Assembly (NCBI GenBank): GCA_030141605.1
Contig: JAQGDQ010000471.1
Coordinates: 1-64,000, forward strand
Direction: 5' to 3'
DNA length: 64,000 nt
DNA from: Tubiluchus corallicola
Lineage: Eukaryota > Animalia > Priapulida
Within the stretch, counting starts at the first letter, position 1. Every line of letters starts with the position of its first letter. The position numbers and the translations under genes are program-made. Below the pieces are notes generated by a model. The model was not told the origin of the DNA. It saw only the letters and a program-made list of their open reading frames with translations, and did not search any database. Positions 21,181 through 35,600 of the stretch are shown piece by piece.

Positions 21181-23021
21181 AGTGTTTCGATCGACAAACA
21201 TGGAAAGCAGAGGGACGGAAGTTTGCCTGGCGAAGAAGCGATATAGACTCAAGTCTAGTGACGATACAGATCAAGAGAGAGAGATCAAAACAATTTCAGG
21301 TATTCATGCCTTTCAGGAAAAAAGAAATCTGGATGAAAACAGACAATATGGAATTGAACAGCACCACCACCATGACTGCTTTCTTTAAATGATGTTAAAG
21401 TTTTGAAAAGAAATTCAATGCCAAAGTGGCTTCCAGGAAGAGATCTCTTGCCTTTGCTTGTGGAGTTATCTGGTGCAAACTCATCACGATTTATGTTACT
21501 TTTGTGCCAGTCAGTAATATCAAGCTGCAGCGTGTCTGCCATGTCTTGCACACTTATAATCCTAGCATGTAAAGTCCTACGTTCAATGGAACATAGGAGC
21601 TTGTGACATTTTGCCACTTGTGCAGATCTGCGTGTGGTGCACACCAGGTGTGCAAAAGCAAGTAGGTACAGTACCTACTAAGAGTCTCCGCGAGTATCCC
21701 AGTTTGATTTTGTCATCATGATCAAGAGAATTTTGTCATAGATGAGCGCATAAATGCTGTAAATAGTTTGTCTTCGCTATAGTTATTCAATTAAATGTGC
21801 TTTACCGTAAAAAACATTTCAACTGCATTGTTTATAAATCACTATTTCAGCAGATAGTTTATAAGAAAAAATCCTGATACGAGAAGGCATTGTTTGTAAC
21901 ATAAGAAATCACAATTTCAGAAGGCATTGTTTATAAGAAAAAAATCCATTTTCACTAGACATTGTTTATAAAGAAAAAAATCACAATTTTAGAAGGCATT
22001 GTTTATAAGAAAAGTAATGTTTGTGTTCAAACCTATGATTGTTTTTTGTGTGCATACTGACGTTTGTTGAAAAATTCATTTCATGCATTTTATTTATAAA
22101 GCATTTTAATCACAAACTTGGGAGACATTGTTTATAGTGAAAACCACGAAAAAAATTTTAACCGCAACTTGCTGTTCGTATGTGCATACGTGATAAAAAT
22201 GCAACAACATCGCTTTCAGATTTGTTATTTTAACAAAATAAATCAAAAATTTTTATTCCTATTAATACTTCAATATTAGAGGACACACGAGAATTAAAAA
22301 TTTTACACATTACGAACTACTAGTTTCCGGGAGCTTTGCAATTGTTGCTAAGCAACGAACAAAGAGTGATACAAAATTTGTTTAACTTTCTTTTACAAAG
22401 CTTAGCCGTCTTACAATTGTCATCACTTTACAATAAATGCAATTTCCGTACTATGTAAACTAAACTGTACTATATATATCATGTAAAAAGCAAGACCATT
22501 ATTATTTTATACCATAACTTAACTCTTCCCCTTTTCTTTTAGTGTAACAAATAAGGACTTCCATACTTTCCCTTGTACAAATTACCCATTAAAAACACTC
22601 GGTTCGCACTTGTTGAGAATGAGGAATTTTCTTAAAGAAACAAGATGGCCACATTCCTAAAGCCTTTGATAATTGATACAGTCAAATTTCTTTATGCCGC
22701 CTACTTTGGAACTGCAAAAAAAGTTGGTGTTATAGCGAGGTGCATTAATATATAATCCAAGCAAACATAGACATTTTGCTTTGCTAAAAATTTAGGTGTT
22801 AAGCTGTGTTGACACTATATCGGGGGCGTTACAACGAGGTATTGCATTAATTTTCCGACACAAATAATTTAAACAATTGGAGAAAGGTAACAAAAGCACG
22901 GAAGTGCAGTTTTCATGCACTACAAATAAAATCATGCAACTTTTAATCATCATTATCAGATGCGGATTCAACATTTTGAACATGATATTTATGTCCCTAA
23001 TACGGGTTAAATGTAATAATA

Positions 23022-23388
23022 CAGAGTGTTTCACGAGTCACTATACGCTTTAGATTTTGCAAACATTTTACAAACAAAACAAAATGTTTGAAAATTGGTA
23101 CGGATGAACTAAAACATTGGATAATTCTTTTAACCAAATTAGGTAAAAATTTGTAGTCGGTGAGAAAGTCATTTACAGTCCATGAACTTCAGTGGGTGAT
23201 TGAATGACCTCAGTTGGATTTTGGACTTCATTTCTAATTTTACTCTCGGCATCATAGCAATGGGGTTCCATCCAAACAATAAATAAAAAGAATTTCCAAA
23301 GGCCCCTTCTGAGGGCTGGTCAAGATTGGAGAAAAACTTTAAAGCAAAATTAGAAATCAAAGTGTGTAGAGACTTTTGAGACACTCGG
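23022..23388. mobile_element. Tc1/mariner-like MITE
   Basis: TA-CAGAGTGTTTCA...TGAGACACTCGG-TA. Confidence 0.6.
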
Positions 23389-24040
23389 TACTTGTTATTT
23401 GCAGCACTTGTACAGAAATAATAGTTTGGTGTGCTGAATACGTCTAGCTGTCAAAATTCGCACTGATAAAATGGCTACTGCAGATAACACTTAGGATTAG
23501 TGGAAACACGATGCAAATATTTGGATGTTGTTGCATCACTCTTAAAGCAGTCACACATTATCATATAAACGCAACGCTAAACTATTATCTACAATAGCCA
23601 CATTAATACAATCTCATCCACTGGATTTCCATCGGAAACAATCAAAGGCAGTACATTTTCTGGAAAAGAATCTCGCTTCAAGTAACATTCGGCTAGTAAA
23701 ACTTCACTGCATTTTAAATATCACGTGATTCCGTTGTTTATTACCTAGCTGTAGCAGCTGCCAATACTATAATTGTCTTGGCAGAAATTATACACTACAA
23801 TTAAAATAGAAAACTTAAACCTAGGCATAATATTACATAATTATATAACAAATCTTTTTAACGTATATTATATTAAATTACATTATATTTGATTTTACAA
23901 GTTAATTGTAGATAAAAGCTGCAATTAGCATTAAATTTTCCTCCTGTGATATGCGTGATGCACCGGCATTGTCTCTTTATTGCTGCCAAAATCAATTTAC
24001 ATTTTTCTATGACAGAAAGCGTCACTGACTCGATCGAAAA

Positions 24041-27000
24041 TCATGTCCGACCTGGCGGCGGTGGAGGTGGCGGGTTCCTTCTCGCTGCTAATATAAAAAA
24101 AGAATATTTGGTTTAAAGAAAGAAAAAAGAAAAATATATTTTCAATAACTGTACTGTATAGTATATCCAAATAAAGTATCGGGTAGTGATACTACTTTAC
24201 TCGAGGTGAAGTGCATTGCCGAGCAGTCATGTCATTATGCTTGGCGAGCAAAGTTAAGCCATGCTGAGGTATTCAGAGAATAGAGATGGGTGACCGCAGA
24301 TTCTCTCAGGGTGAGTTGGTTCTCATTCGCTATACTGACTTTGGCTGTTTATCTTGTAGAAGCAGTACATCTTGTACATCTGAACCGAGGCTAAAATGCC
24401 TCTGCCGGTTCAATGGCTCACCTTAGAGAGTTAGCCTTGAAATGAGCTAGGCTAACTGTGTACACTTCACTGTTGAATGGTGGATTTCAGCTTGCAGTGT
24501 ACGAAGTGTATTAAAAATAGTAACATTCTGTTGCTTTGCAGCAACTATATAAAAGCTTGGTACTGATTGAACTATGAATGTCATCTTTTGCTTTACCATG
24601 AAAGCTTTTATGATGGCTCTGTAAGTGGCCAATTCTGGATCAGTTTTAAGCAAATCAAATCTGTTATGATGGCTCTGTCAGCAGCTGATTCTGGACCAGT
24701 TTTAAGCAAATCAAACTCTGCTTTGATGGCTTTGTAAGTGGCCAATTCTGAATCGGTTTTAAGCAAATCAAATCTATTATGATGGCTCTGTCAGCAGCTG
24801 ATTCTGGACCAGTTTTAAGCAAATCAAACTCTGCTTTGATGGCTTTGTAAGTGGCCAATTCTGAATCAGTTTTAAGCAAATCAAATCTATTATGATGGCT
24901 CTGTCAGCAGCTGATTCTGGGCCAGTTTTAACCAAATCAGACTCTGCTTTGGTGGCTTTGTAAGTGGCCAATTCTGGACCAAAAGCAAATCGAATTCTTA
25001 TGACTGCTCCAGAAGTGGCCGATCCTGGATTGAACAGCAAATCAAAACTTTTTTACACCGCCTCCTGAAACGACTAATTCAGAACGAACTGAAAATAGTT
25101 ACTTACCATTCACACTCGGATAGACTTTGTTGAAAGGCACGAACGGCTCTGGCTGCGGCAACGTGTGAATGGATTGAAATGTGAATCGGGTATCGTTATC
25201 TACAAACATACAGGAATTCGTAAAAATAAACAAAATTTCCATACTTGTCGTTAACTAGTTCACAAGAGTTACTCTAGTTGACCCAAATGCACAAGAAAAC
25301 AATTTTTTATCGTTAACAGAAGTAGAGGAAAACTTTCACAGCTTTAACTTGCGTCCAAAAATGCTAAATATATAGTGGGGCCATCTATCGGACATCTTTT
25401 TACAGTTAAGCATTACTTACAGTTTCTGCTTGTTAAACTAAGCCTGCGCTGTGTTATTTACACATTCGAGAAATGACCTACATGTTATAGAAAATTCCAT
25501 CCGCTTATGGTAGTAAGTAAACAGAAATAAGACGTATTAAAAGCACAAAGAAGCATATAACATGACACAGTTGACCGAGCTAACTAACGTATATATCAAA
25601 TACCTGTATCATACAAACTCATAATTTAACTAGCTTACCTGTATCAATAAAATGCTGTGAATTTCTGTTATATATAGATGTGACTCTAGCAGGAGGTGGT
25701 GGCGGTGCTTCTTCAACCACAATTGAATTCCTTGCCGGCAACGGAGGCGGCGAAGGTGAAACTTCCCGTTTTATGGTCGTTTGCACTGGAAAACGTCCCG
25801 GCCCATTGCTTCTAGCTGGCGGGGGAGGCGGTCTTGAATGGGGCGGCCGTGGACTCGAACTTGCCGAATTACTTTGAGGAGGTGGCGGAGGAAGGGGCCG
25901 ATCCATTCGAGAAGGGGGAGGAGGAGGTGCCGCTTGTGAAATTGTCGACAAATTAGAAGGCACACTGCTTGAAGTACCCACCTGCCCAAAATTCTGCTTT
26001 CTTTTGAAATCTGTCGAATCTGTGTCTGTCGCTCGTGGTTTTGAATTCCTCTGGGCCGTCCCCGTTTTTCTAAAACTTGGTGGCCTCGTGGGAGGAGGTG
26101 GTGGAGCAGGCGGTCCTGATCGAGTAGGTGGCGGAGGTAATGGCCCTTTGTTTGAAAGTCCATTAGAATCCGTTCCCCTTAGCGAGGTGGCAGAACGTGT
26201 GCTAGTGTTGGGTGAGCCTCCCGGACGTCCCGACGAAGGTGGGGGAGGCGGTCTCATCCCATTAGGTCGATGAAGATTTGGTGGCTTCTTTGGAAGCGAT
26301 GGAGCACTTCTATCGTTCCCACCAGTTTCGTGGTTCCCAAATTTTGACTTTTCGTCGAAACGTGGGCCGCTTTGCATACTCGATGCAGGACTGGGTCTCA
26401 CTGAACCATTAGCTGCTGGACTTGGCTTCCTGACAGAATCATTAACTAAAGGACTCGGCTTCCTCACTGAGTCGTCCCCGGGTTTGTTAACTGTTCTCGG
26501 TTTCAGTGCGTTGGATTGACTGTCACCTACGATATGTACAAAAAGCTTTATCAACTATTGGTGCACGTCAACCAAACTGCAGACGATTTTTTCATGTTTC
26601 GATGCCTCCAAATTGAAGCTTAACCGAATGAGCTGTTTTCGAGCCGAATTCGAATAAAATATCAAGTTAAATTGGAACACCGGACCGAAACCGAGCCAAA
26701 TTTTTTACTGAAACTCAGCAGAATATTCCGTAATTCCAATTAAAAAGAATAATAAACTCTTCTCTAAGATTCATTTTCTGCTTTACGTTAGTGGCGATTG
26801 CTGAGCAGGGAAAAATTGATCTGATTACTAAATTTGTGTCTGTTTAATGTTATGTAATAAAGTTTCAAGTGTTTTAACAGTAGCCCCAAATCTTTCAAAA
26901 AATCGTTCAAACTGTTTTGTATAATTAATAAAAACTGTTTTTAAGCAATGAAAACAGAATATATTGGCTACTAGCTCGAGTTCTCATTGATTTATTTGGT

Positions 27001-28370
27001 CAAGTATAAGCAAGTACAGCACACCAGCACGCTATTGTGCATTGACACAACTTGTCTACTGATGGGGCATCACATTCTTTGATTTATCATACAGAAACAG
27101 AAAGCAAATTGTCCGCTGTTCTGCAGTGTTTGCTGTGAAATATCAATTTTTTTCAGGTAAATATATAAGTTTATAAGCTCAAATATTTTGAAGCAACCCC
27201 AACTGTGGAATAATGTTTACCTCTGCGTGTGTTATTCCCAGCAGGCCTCAGCTGAGGCATACCACCAGCAAATAACCCTCCGACAGCGCCTCCACCTGCC
27301 GGGCGTCCCGAACTTGATGAACTCTTGCCTGTAAAAATAAATTGTGATTATTTCAAGACCTCAAAAAGATTTTGAAACGACACAAGCAAAGTTACCATAA
27401 AACTGTACACACAATTTCTTGACATTATGTGTGGAGATGTTGTCATGTTGAAAACAATCTACAGTTATTCTAATATGGCGAGGCATGCTTTTACTGGTGT
27501 CCTTTTACGAAACATACTTGTTGCAGGTGCGCAAAGTGTGCCCTTTCCAGATTACAACAAACAGATGTATAACCAGGTATGAATCATATTTTTTTTGCAT
27601 TGTAAATAAAGCAAGTGTTGTCAGCTTGTTCTGTTCTATGAAATTGTAGTCTAATGGCACATTAAGACCAGCGAGTTTTCTCTCTGACGTAAATTCGCAA
27701 GTGTGAAATGCTTTGCAAGACACTGTTGGCAAGTTATTGCAAACTCTACAGCAGTTGCTGCGAGTTACTGTCTAGTGTGAACGCCTTAACGAGTTACTCT
27801 CTACACTCCCCACAGTGAATAGAAAAGCGAGTGTTAGTTCGCCCTTACTGTCGGAAAGTAACACGCACCAAAATGTGCTCTCTAATCTGAAACCATTTGC
27901 AAGTTGTTTGGGGAGCTTACTTGGCAAGATAAGTTGCTAGTTTGAAGGCACCGTTGAAAAAAATAACAAACTGCTCTGATATTAACGTTTTGCGTGTTTT
28001 ACATGGTGATACCAGTGCTAGACTAGTACAAATACAATGTGCTCAGTAATAAGAATAAAAACACATGATGAACAATGCAAGCACAAATCATTTAAAGAAT
28101 TCTAACATAAACTACAAATCTTCACTTTCATTAACAATTACTTCTATATCATTTTTTTCTTTACTCTTCCTAAAAATTATATGCACTACCTTGGAGTAAC
28201 GGCGCACTCCTGTCATTAGTCTGAACTTTCTTCAATTTCACCTTGTTTCGGGAATTGCTGATGTCACTGAGCAGTGCATTCCGATCTTTTGCATCCGACT
28301 TTGACAAACTGGGTGGAGGTATTGCCGCAGGAGGAGGTGGAGGCCCAGGAGGTGGAGGAGGTAGCGGCAT
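24041..28370 (-). CDS. WIPF: WASP-interacting protein (WIP/verprolin family), ~438 aa
   Basis: Exons 28370-28190, 27328-27221, 26526-25639, 25199-25107, 24087-24041 (1317 nt). N-terminal polyproline, WH2 (RNALLSDI...KLKKVQTNDRSAP), GGLFAGGMPQLRP, Pro-rich body, WASP-binding motif RFTFQSIHTLPQPEPFVPFNKVYPS. Confidence 0.93.
24245..24450 (+). mobile_element. Possible 5S rRNA-derived SINE (SINE3) remnant
   Basis: AAGTTAAGC...GATGGGTGACCGC resembles 5S internal boxes A and C with plausible spacing. Heavily diverged. Confidence 0.35.
24600..25045. repeat. 117-bp tandem repeat (two related ~58-bp halves) in WIP intron 4
   Basis: GATGGCTCTGTCAGCAGCTGATTCTGG / GATGGCTTTGTAAGTGGCCAATTCTG, three or more copies. 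Confidence 0.88.
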
Positions 28371-28719
28371 GGTGACTTAGTGTTGCTTACACTCCATTTT
28401 GTACCAATCGGTAGAACTGCAAAAATATCTATAATTACATAACTAGTGCTGTTGGCATGGGTTACCAAAATACAGACAAAATAACTATTTAAAAATTAAA
28501 TAACTATATTTGCCAAAATGAGCTATGCCGTAACTATTATTTAGTATTACACAAAGTACTTTAATTAATAAACCATTATTTAATAAACCATTATTTATGA
28601 ACGCATATCGAGTGATGCGCTTAAGAAAGAAATGTGGAGTCTTTTCTAATAAATAAGAAAAAACAACACAGTACGAATACAAGAACAGAAAAAATTGGCG
28701 TTATTAATTAATATTATTA

Positions 28720-29960
28720 TTAAGAATTCACAATTTATTTCAGTTTGCTGATGATACAAGCATTTTTTTTAGCTTTCATAAAATAGAAACCAATATTGAT
28801 TACATAAATACAGCTATATGGTTCAAAACAAATAAACTTTCACTAAATTCATCAAAAACAAAATACATTCTGTTAGGTCCCGAAATAAACCTATTCAGGC
28901 GAACCACGATTTAATAATAGACCACAAAAGAATTACACGTGTAAAAGAACTGAAATTTCTGGGATTAATACTGAATGAGCATCTAGACTGGCGACCACAT
29001 ATATTCATGATCAGATTAAAAATATCAAAAAATATAAGTATCATCTCATATATTAAAAACTTTCTGAACACCGAACATCTTCTAACATTATACAACAGTT
29101 TAATATTATCATATTTAAATTACTGCACAACATTATGGGGCTTTACTTATACTACAAATTTAGAATGCTTAAGAGTTTTACAACGAAAATTTTTACGTGT
29201 CATCTTCAAACTAGACAAAAGGAGCACAATTACTACTACACATTTTAAGCAATGTCAAATATTACTTCTGGATGATGTTATTAATTTTAATGGATGTATA
29301 TACATGTATAGAACCAACAACAACTTATTTCCAACTTTTTTTGAAAATCCAGTCAAGATAAATGTAAAAAAATACAATACCAGACATAATGAATATATAC
29401 CAAGACGTTGTAGAACAAATATGGCGAAACACTTCATTAGCTATATGGGGCCAGTCCTATGGAACAGACTAAGCCGCAATTCGAAATGTAGTCACTCCCT
29501 TTTAACTTTTAAAAAAACCGTCAGAAAAGAAATATTTCAAAAGTATTAAGAGTAACACAATTTAATAATGGTAATAACCTGCATTTTTTCCTACAGTAAT
29601 CTTAATATAACGTGACTATGTTTAACAGGATACCGAACACTTTGTAACCATGATCAGAGTTTTTCTTAGTTCTCGCTCCATTTCATCTTTCATTCACTAC
29701 TCCCCCCCATTTTTTTTTAAGATTTCCACATACAGTTTGGCCTGTCAAGCTATGCTTTTAGACTCAAACTGTATGCATCAAAAAATTATTCTGTAATGAA
29801 ATTTGCACATGTATATCCCGCATTCTGTAATTTCTTGATAATACTGCATTTATTCATATTTATATTTATATTTACTCAAATGGAAAATTATCTGTATTTT
29901 AATGCTAATTGTAAGATGCAATGTGGAAAATGAATAAACTCTCTCTTGAAACTCTTGAAA
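28720..29960 (+). mobile_element. 5'-truncated LINE (L2/Crack/CR1 group): ORF2 3' part, 3' UTR and tail
   Basis: FADDTSIF, WFKTNKLSLNSSKTKYI, LKFLGLIL, LLTLYNSLILSYLNYCTTLWG...YMGPVLWN (ORF 29007-29549). Tail AATAAAC-TCTCTCTTGAAACTCTTGAAA. Confidence 0.9.
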
Positions 29961-32139
29961 GAAAAAGGCTTGTACCAAAAGTGCCTACTGGAAGCTGCAG
30001 AGAGATCGCCGTATAACCGCTATATTACCTGAACACCAAACGCTTGCGAAAGAATAAATTTAATAAGTATTAATGGACGTAAGTTTAAAGAAAATGATCG
30101 CAAAAACTTACAAAGTCAACAAAATTATTTACGTCTGACGATAATGACGAATTCCATAATTTCCGTTCAGCTTCGTCCAACAAACTATGCCCGTTTACGA
30201 AATGATGCACCACGAAATAAACAGGAGACTTTTCTAGCCGACTAGTACACTAATTTTTAGAAACTAGAGGAATCAAATAAATAGTGACTAGTATCTTTAC
30301 TATCCTGTGCAATTGGATAGTTTTGTTTTGAAAAACTAAAAACGTTATTATTACCATATAATATTTTTGAAAATTATAATTTTCTTACTGCTTCACAAAG
30401 TAATAAACATTATAATTAAATATCTTGTACATGTCAGCTTTTAAATTATGATCTTAACATTTTCCTGTACATAGTAAGGCATTTCAATGTAATTTTATGT
30501 TCTGCTTTCTCCTATTTTGTTCTGTCGATTTTGTTTTTCCCCCAATTTTTCCACCAGTTTTGAAGTATTTTGTTCTGTTATTTTACTTTACATTACACAG
30601 TATTGTATAAATAATATTACAGCCATTGGTATTAAGTTATCATTAAAGATTAGTGTTTATATATTTTGTTATTTTTCCTTTTTACTTTTCTTATTATTAT
30701 GGCATCATCGTTATCATGCTTGTTGTTGTTATGCTGGCATATGGCGGTGGTTATCATCGTCATTGTCATCATCATCGCCATTGTCATCATTGTTGACTTT
30801 GCTCTTGAATCAGTGAACAAAGTACTGTTACATTACTGTAGCATTCTACTGGCAGGTAATAACATTTTTAAGCACAACGTATATAATTATAGTGTGTTAC
30901 ATTTATTTTATTATTCATTTTTCTTGCTGTAATTGTTATGATTATAATATTATATAGTATAAAAGCAAACAGCAAAGCAAGATATACAGTGATTTTAGAA
31001 GGGTATGTAGACTCATCTGCCCAACAAAATCAATTTCACAGAAAACTTTTTTTACCAGAAGTAGTTACTTTCAAAACAATTTCATATAAAAGATTTTTCC
31101 AGAATTGCCATTTTCTAGAATTTTTTTCCCAGAACTGCCATTTCACAGAAAATGTAATACTCTGTTTTAAATGTTCAGTTAGCTAATATGTAATAGAAAA
31201 GTTGTTTTTTTATCTATCTACACCTATTGAGTACAGCACGACCAAAAAATGTTATCAACTTGGTAAAGAATCATGTTGAACTTTGCGTATACTTACATAG
31301 TAAGTGCATATAATAGTATAATATATGCATGTGATTGGCTACTGTGTCGAAATGCCAAGTCTAGCTGGCAACTAGGGCTGAGCATTCTCTGCCAGAAAGT
31401 GAAATCAAATTGAACCGAATTTGTGAACACCAAATTCGAGTCGAGCCGAATTTTAATATTTCGAACTAATAGAATTTGAATTGAGCTTGAAATATTTTCG
31501 AACAAGTTTTTAAACCAGTATTAATTTAAAAGTGGTCTTACAAACTTCATGCACATTGCTTTTATTCAGCAGTAGACCAGTTTGTTACAAATTTTGCTCA
31601 GAAACTGCAGCTAAATTGTGCTAATGTGCATGCTGTTTCAAACATTGTAATATTGAAGAGTGTATGTGGCTGAAGTGCTGATTTATTCAAATCTATATTC
31701 TTAGGTTCGAATCGAATTCGAATGTTCAAATTCGATGCTCACCCTTACTGGCAAATGATTTGTTAGGATACCGCTCGGGGAATTTACTCTTGGGCAGTTA
31801 CTTTTTCTGTGATTCAAAAGTGTTTGATTCACATCTTGGTGTTTAAAGAAACTGTGCATGCGTTTGAAAGTGACTTTGGCAGTTAAGCATTTCATTTCAG
31901 AGGATTATCTTCATGATGAACTAGGGCATGCATGGTTTCATTCATTATTAAGATCCATAAGAAGTGAGCAATTTAGTGGACAAATGTGAACATCAATTTA
32001 TTTGCAAATTTGTATAGCTCACAAAGGTCTTTTCATTTTTTTATAATTGTTATCAAATTTCATTAAACTTTAGTACTGTTATTTCAAATCCTACAAAAAT
32101 AAATTGATTGTAGATAATAAATACATAATAGATTGTAGG

Positions 32140-32430
32140 AGCATAAAGAGAAAGGGAGAACTCGAAGAGGAGAGAAAGGAGGAGATAATGAGATGGGAAA
32201 GACAGGATCAGAGGGAAAGAAAGAGAAAGAGAGAGAGACAGATAGATAGAGAGATAGAGAGAGAATGAGAGAGAGAGAAAGAGGGAAGTAGTGAAGAGAA
32301 TAGAAGAGGGCGAGAAGGAGAAAGATAAGAGGAGAGACAGATGGGGAAGGAGCAAAGGAGAGGAAGAGATCGAGGGAGAGGATGAGTTGGTGGGGTAGGA
32401 TAGAAGGAACGTAAAGAGGGAAAAGTAAAT
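32140..32430. repeat. GA-rich low-complexity tract
   Basis: Purine-rich (GA)n-like run. Confidence 0.85.
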
Positions 32431-32693
32431 AGAAAAAAATGGAATCGAATAAAATAACAAATTTGATATTAAAAATGCAAACGCGAGTTTTCCGTTAAAA
32501 AATCTTCCTATGAAACGAGTTTTTCAGAAAAATTTTTCCGGGAAGTTATTTTCTGGGAAAGGTTTTTATGTGAAAAAAAATCTGTGAAACCGACCTAAAC
32601 CGATTTTAATTTTTTTGCGCTACAAAGCCAACTTGAATAGAATTGGAAATAGGCTCATACACGATGGCATATTTTGCGGTATAATTGTGAATC

Positions 32694-35600
32694 ATGGCCG
32701 ACCGGAGAGAGAGGAAAGAGAGAAGACGTCAATTAACTGGCAGTGAAAGCGATGACGAAATTGAAAAATCTCGGGTAGATAATACTAGAGCACGAAGGCG
32801 AGCAAAGTCTTCTGATTGTGTATGTATCTGATATATTTCTAGGCGTGGGTTGTTTTTATTTATTGAGTTTTGGCAATTAAATATTCGTGCAGAAATTGAC
32901 TCAAAAACACGTTGACCTACTCTATATCTGTGTTACTGACTATAGTATAAGTTGAATTTCTTGTAAGTGATCACATTATTGTAGTGTTGTCACTCTTAGA
33001 AAGATCAAGTCATTTGTTGTTCATCCCAACATATAACATTAGTTATAATTTAGTATTATGTATAGCCTATCAAATTGCCAGGCGTGCCGCGGAACATACG
33101 TTATCAAATCAGGCACCCCAACTCAGTTATATTTTGTAAGTTTTTCGCATGCGGTGCCGATGATCACTGATCAAATATAATAATTCTGAATTATATATTT
33201 GTTTTCACCTATATAACATTAAGCATATATGAAACACACATTAAGAACAAAGCTTCACATTCTAAATTAGAGAAAATAAACAAATAAATTGTACAAGCAT
33301 GCTAAATATGACATAATTTGCATGTGACGCGAATTTTAGTAATATCTCAATGAACTTAAAGATAAGAAAACGTCATGCATTTTTATGAATGTGTTAAAAT
33401 TATGTAACACAAACATTCATGCAAAATCCTTTGAATACTTAACAACTGTTTCCTTATGGGCTACATTTACAGTACTGTGTAAAAACCATTTGTGGTGTAT
33501 TAGCAGAGTTTATCAATGGTCATTTAGCAACTAACTTGGACAATTTTACTGTGATCATTGGTTTTAAATTTTGTTATCTTATTTTCTGAGTAAACAGTAA
33601 TAAGGGGCATCCACATATAACAATATCAAATTCAGGGTAGACAGATGGCAGGAGGGGTGATAATGCTGTTATAATGCAAGGTAGGCACTAGGGAGATGAT
33701 TTAGTCGTGATATCGTTATCTGACTTACCCAACTTAGTGATTTGGGGCTGCCACCACCTCCATTGCCTGGTGCCAGTATAGAATCCACTGATGGCTTCCC
33801 AACAATTAACACAATTTTTGTTGTTGCCTGTCCTTGGGAGGAGTAAGAATAAAATGTGTCCATAGGTCGGCAATTAACCATTTTCAGTTATTCACTTATT
33901 TTGAATCTCCATTTCATGAAGATCATTTTAATACCAAGCTTATCACTGAATGTTATTTTCTAAGCTGAGATAATCAATGTTGAAGTTGAGATGCACGCTG
34001 CACACTGACAAACGTAATCTTGAGAAAATCGCTGTTAGAGTCAGCCATTGTTTTTTGTCCCATTTCTACAAAACACTTAGTAACTGCAAAAATGTTGGTT
34101 GCTATGAACTTTGCAAAAAACACATTGATGTTACGTTTAAATCCAGTAGGTGACTCTTGCCGATGAAGATCTGGGCTTGACAACAGGAAAAACCTGAAGC
34201 AAAACGACTGCTCCCTTGATGTACTACCGGAGTTTGAAAATACAAGTTTTTTAAAATTGTGTTACTAGTTTCTAGCCAGAGTAGGTACGGGGTTATAAAA
34301 TTGAATTTTTAGTGTTTTTTAACATTTTTTTGATGATTTGATACTAAAATGTAAAACTTCAATATATTATTTAACACTTGTTTTTATGAAAAACAGAAGA
34401 TTGACATTTGAGCAAATTGTCGACTTATGGATGGTTTTGGTTTGCAAGCTCAAAAGTACAAAAAGCTACATTGGTGTGATATCAATATAAGGGGTAGGTG
34501 GTGGCGTATATGATAATGCCTAATTAATGTAAGGTAGGTAGGTTTTCGAAATTGGCCAAATGCTTGATATTGTTATATGTGGCTGGCCCCTAATAAATAT
34601 TAGATTATTATAGTTTTTGCTTTGTCTTGTCAGTAATTTGATTTGCAGCTCTTTGGCGTGGTTTTCACATTTGTGCAAAGTCAGCCATTTATATGAAGTG
34701 ATGCAGCTGCATGGAATTTGAGCGGTTAGGCTTATGTGTTGTCTTACATGCTGAAAATTTCTAGCATGCACTTTTCCTGTATAAACTTACATGCCTATAC
34801 AATATTAAAAGCAGCACGTTGGGAAGTTATACTAAATGGCTGCCGATCGAATTCAACTTTATTCAAGATTATAATTTTAAAGATTTTTAATAATGAATAA
34901 TTTTATTTTTTCTTTATTTGTTGCAGGACAGCGAAGGTGATGATGAGGGTAAGTCATTAAAGTTTTCGTTTTCACGTACAATGGCTTTTGCAGGAAACCC
35001 TGTTTGGTTAGGTTAACAGCAAAAAATCAAGTGGGTTTTTCTGTTAAATGAAAAATGGTAAACGTTATGTTGCTAGCTAGTGTCTTAGTGTATATGTGAC
35101 ATTTTACAGAAGGAAGTGTAAGTCTTAAGTGTAACTGAAAGATTTTTTCTGTGCATTCGATTCTACTTACAGATTGGTTACAAATTCGACACTTTTGTCG
35201 CTTATAATGAATATACCAAAACAAAAATATGTCCATTTACTGTAGATACTAATTTCTGTCAGAAAGGCATGAACGACGCAATGACAGACTTGAAGAGCCG
35301 TCACCTTGTTGTCTTTTCTATCATCGAAACTTGAACATGCTGCAGTTTCGTTTTTTGGTATTTTTCTGGATAATGGCTTTCATGCTGTAATGTCAATAAA
35401 ATTTTTACGGTCATCGGTGAAAAATTACCATTGGGCAGGTTTTATAAGCCAAACAACATTTTTACGCCTAGCCATATTTATGAAAGACTGAATTCATTTA
35501 ACTTAACACTGCAAAAAAAGTTAAAACTGTTAAATGTTTTGTATTGTATAATTTCTGTTCATGTTTGCAAGTTTTATTTCCATTTTAGATGATTATTCTG

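Noticed and set aside
20321-21274. Long alternative-frame and antisense ORFs (317, 262 and 182 aa)
   Set aside because: By-products of a 45-bp stop-poor coding repeat. Only the CIR1 frame joins the upstream exons.
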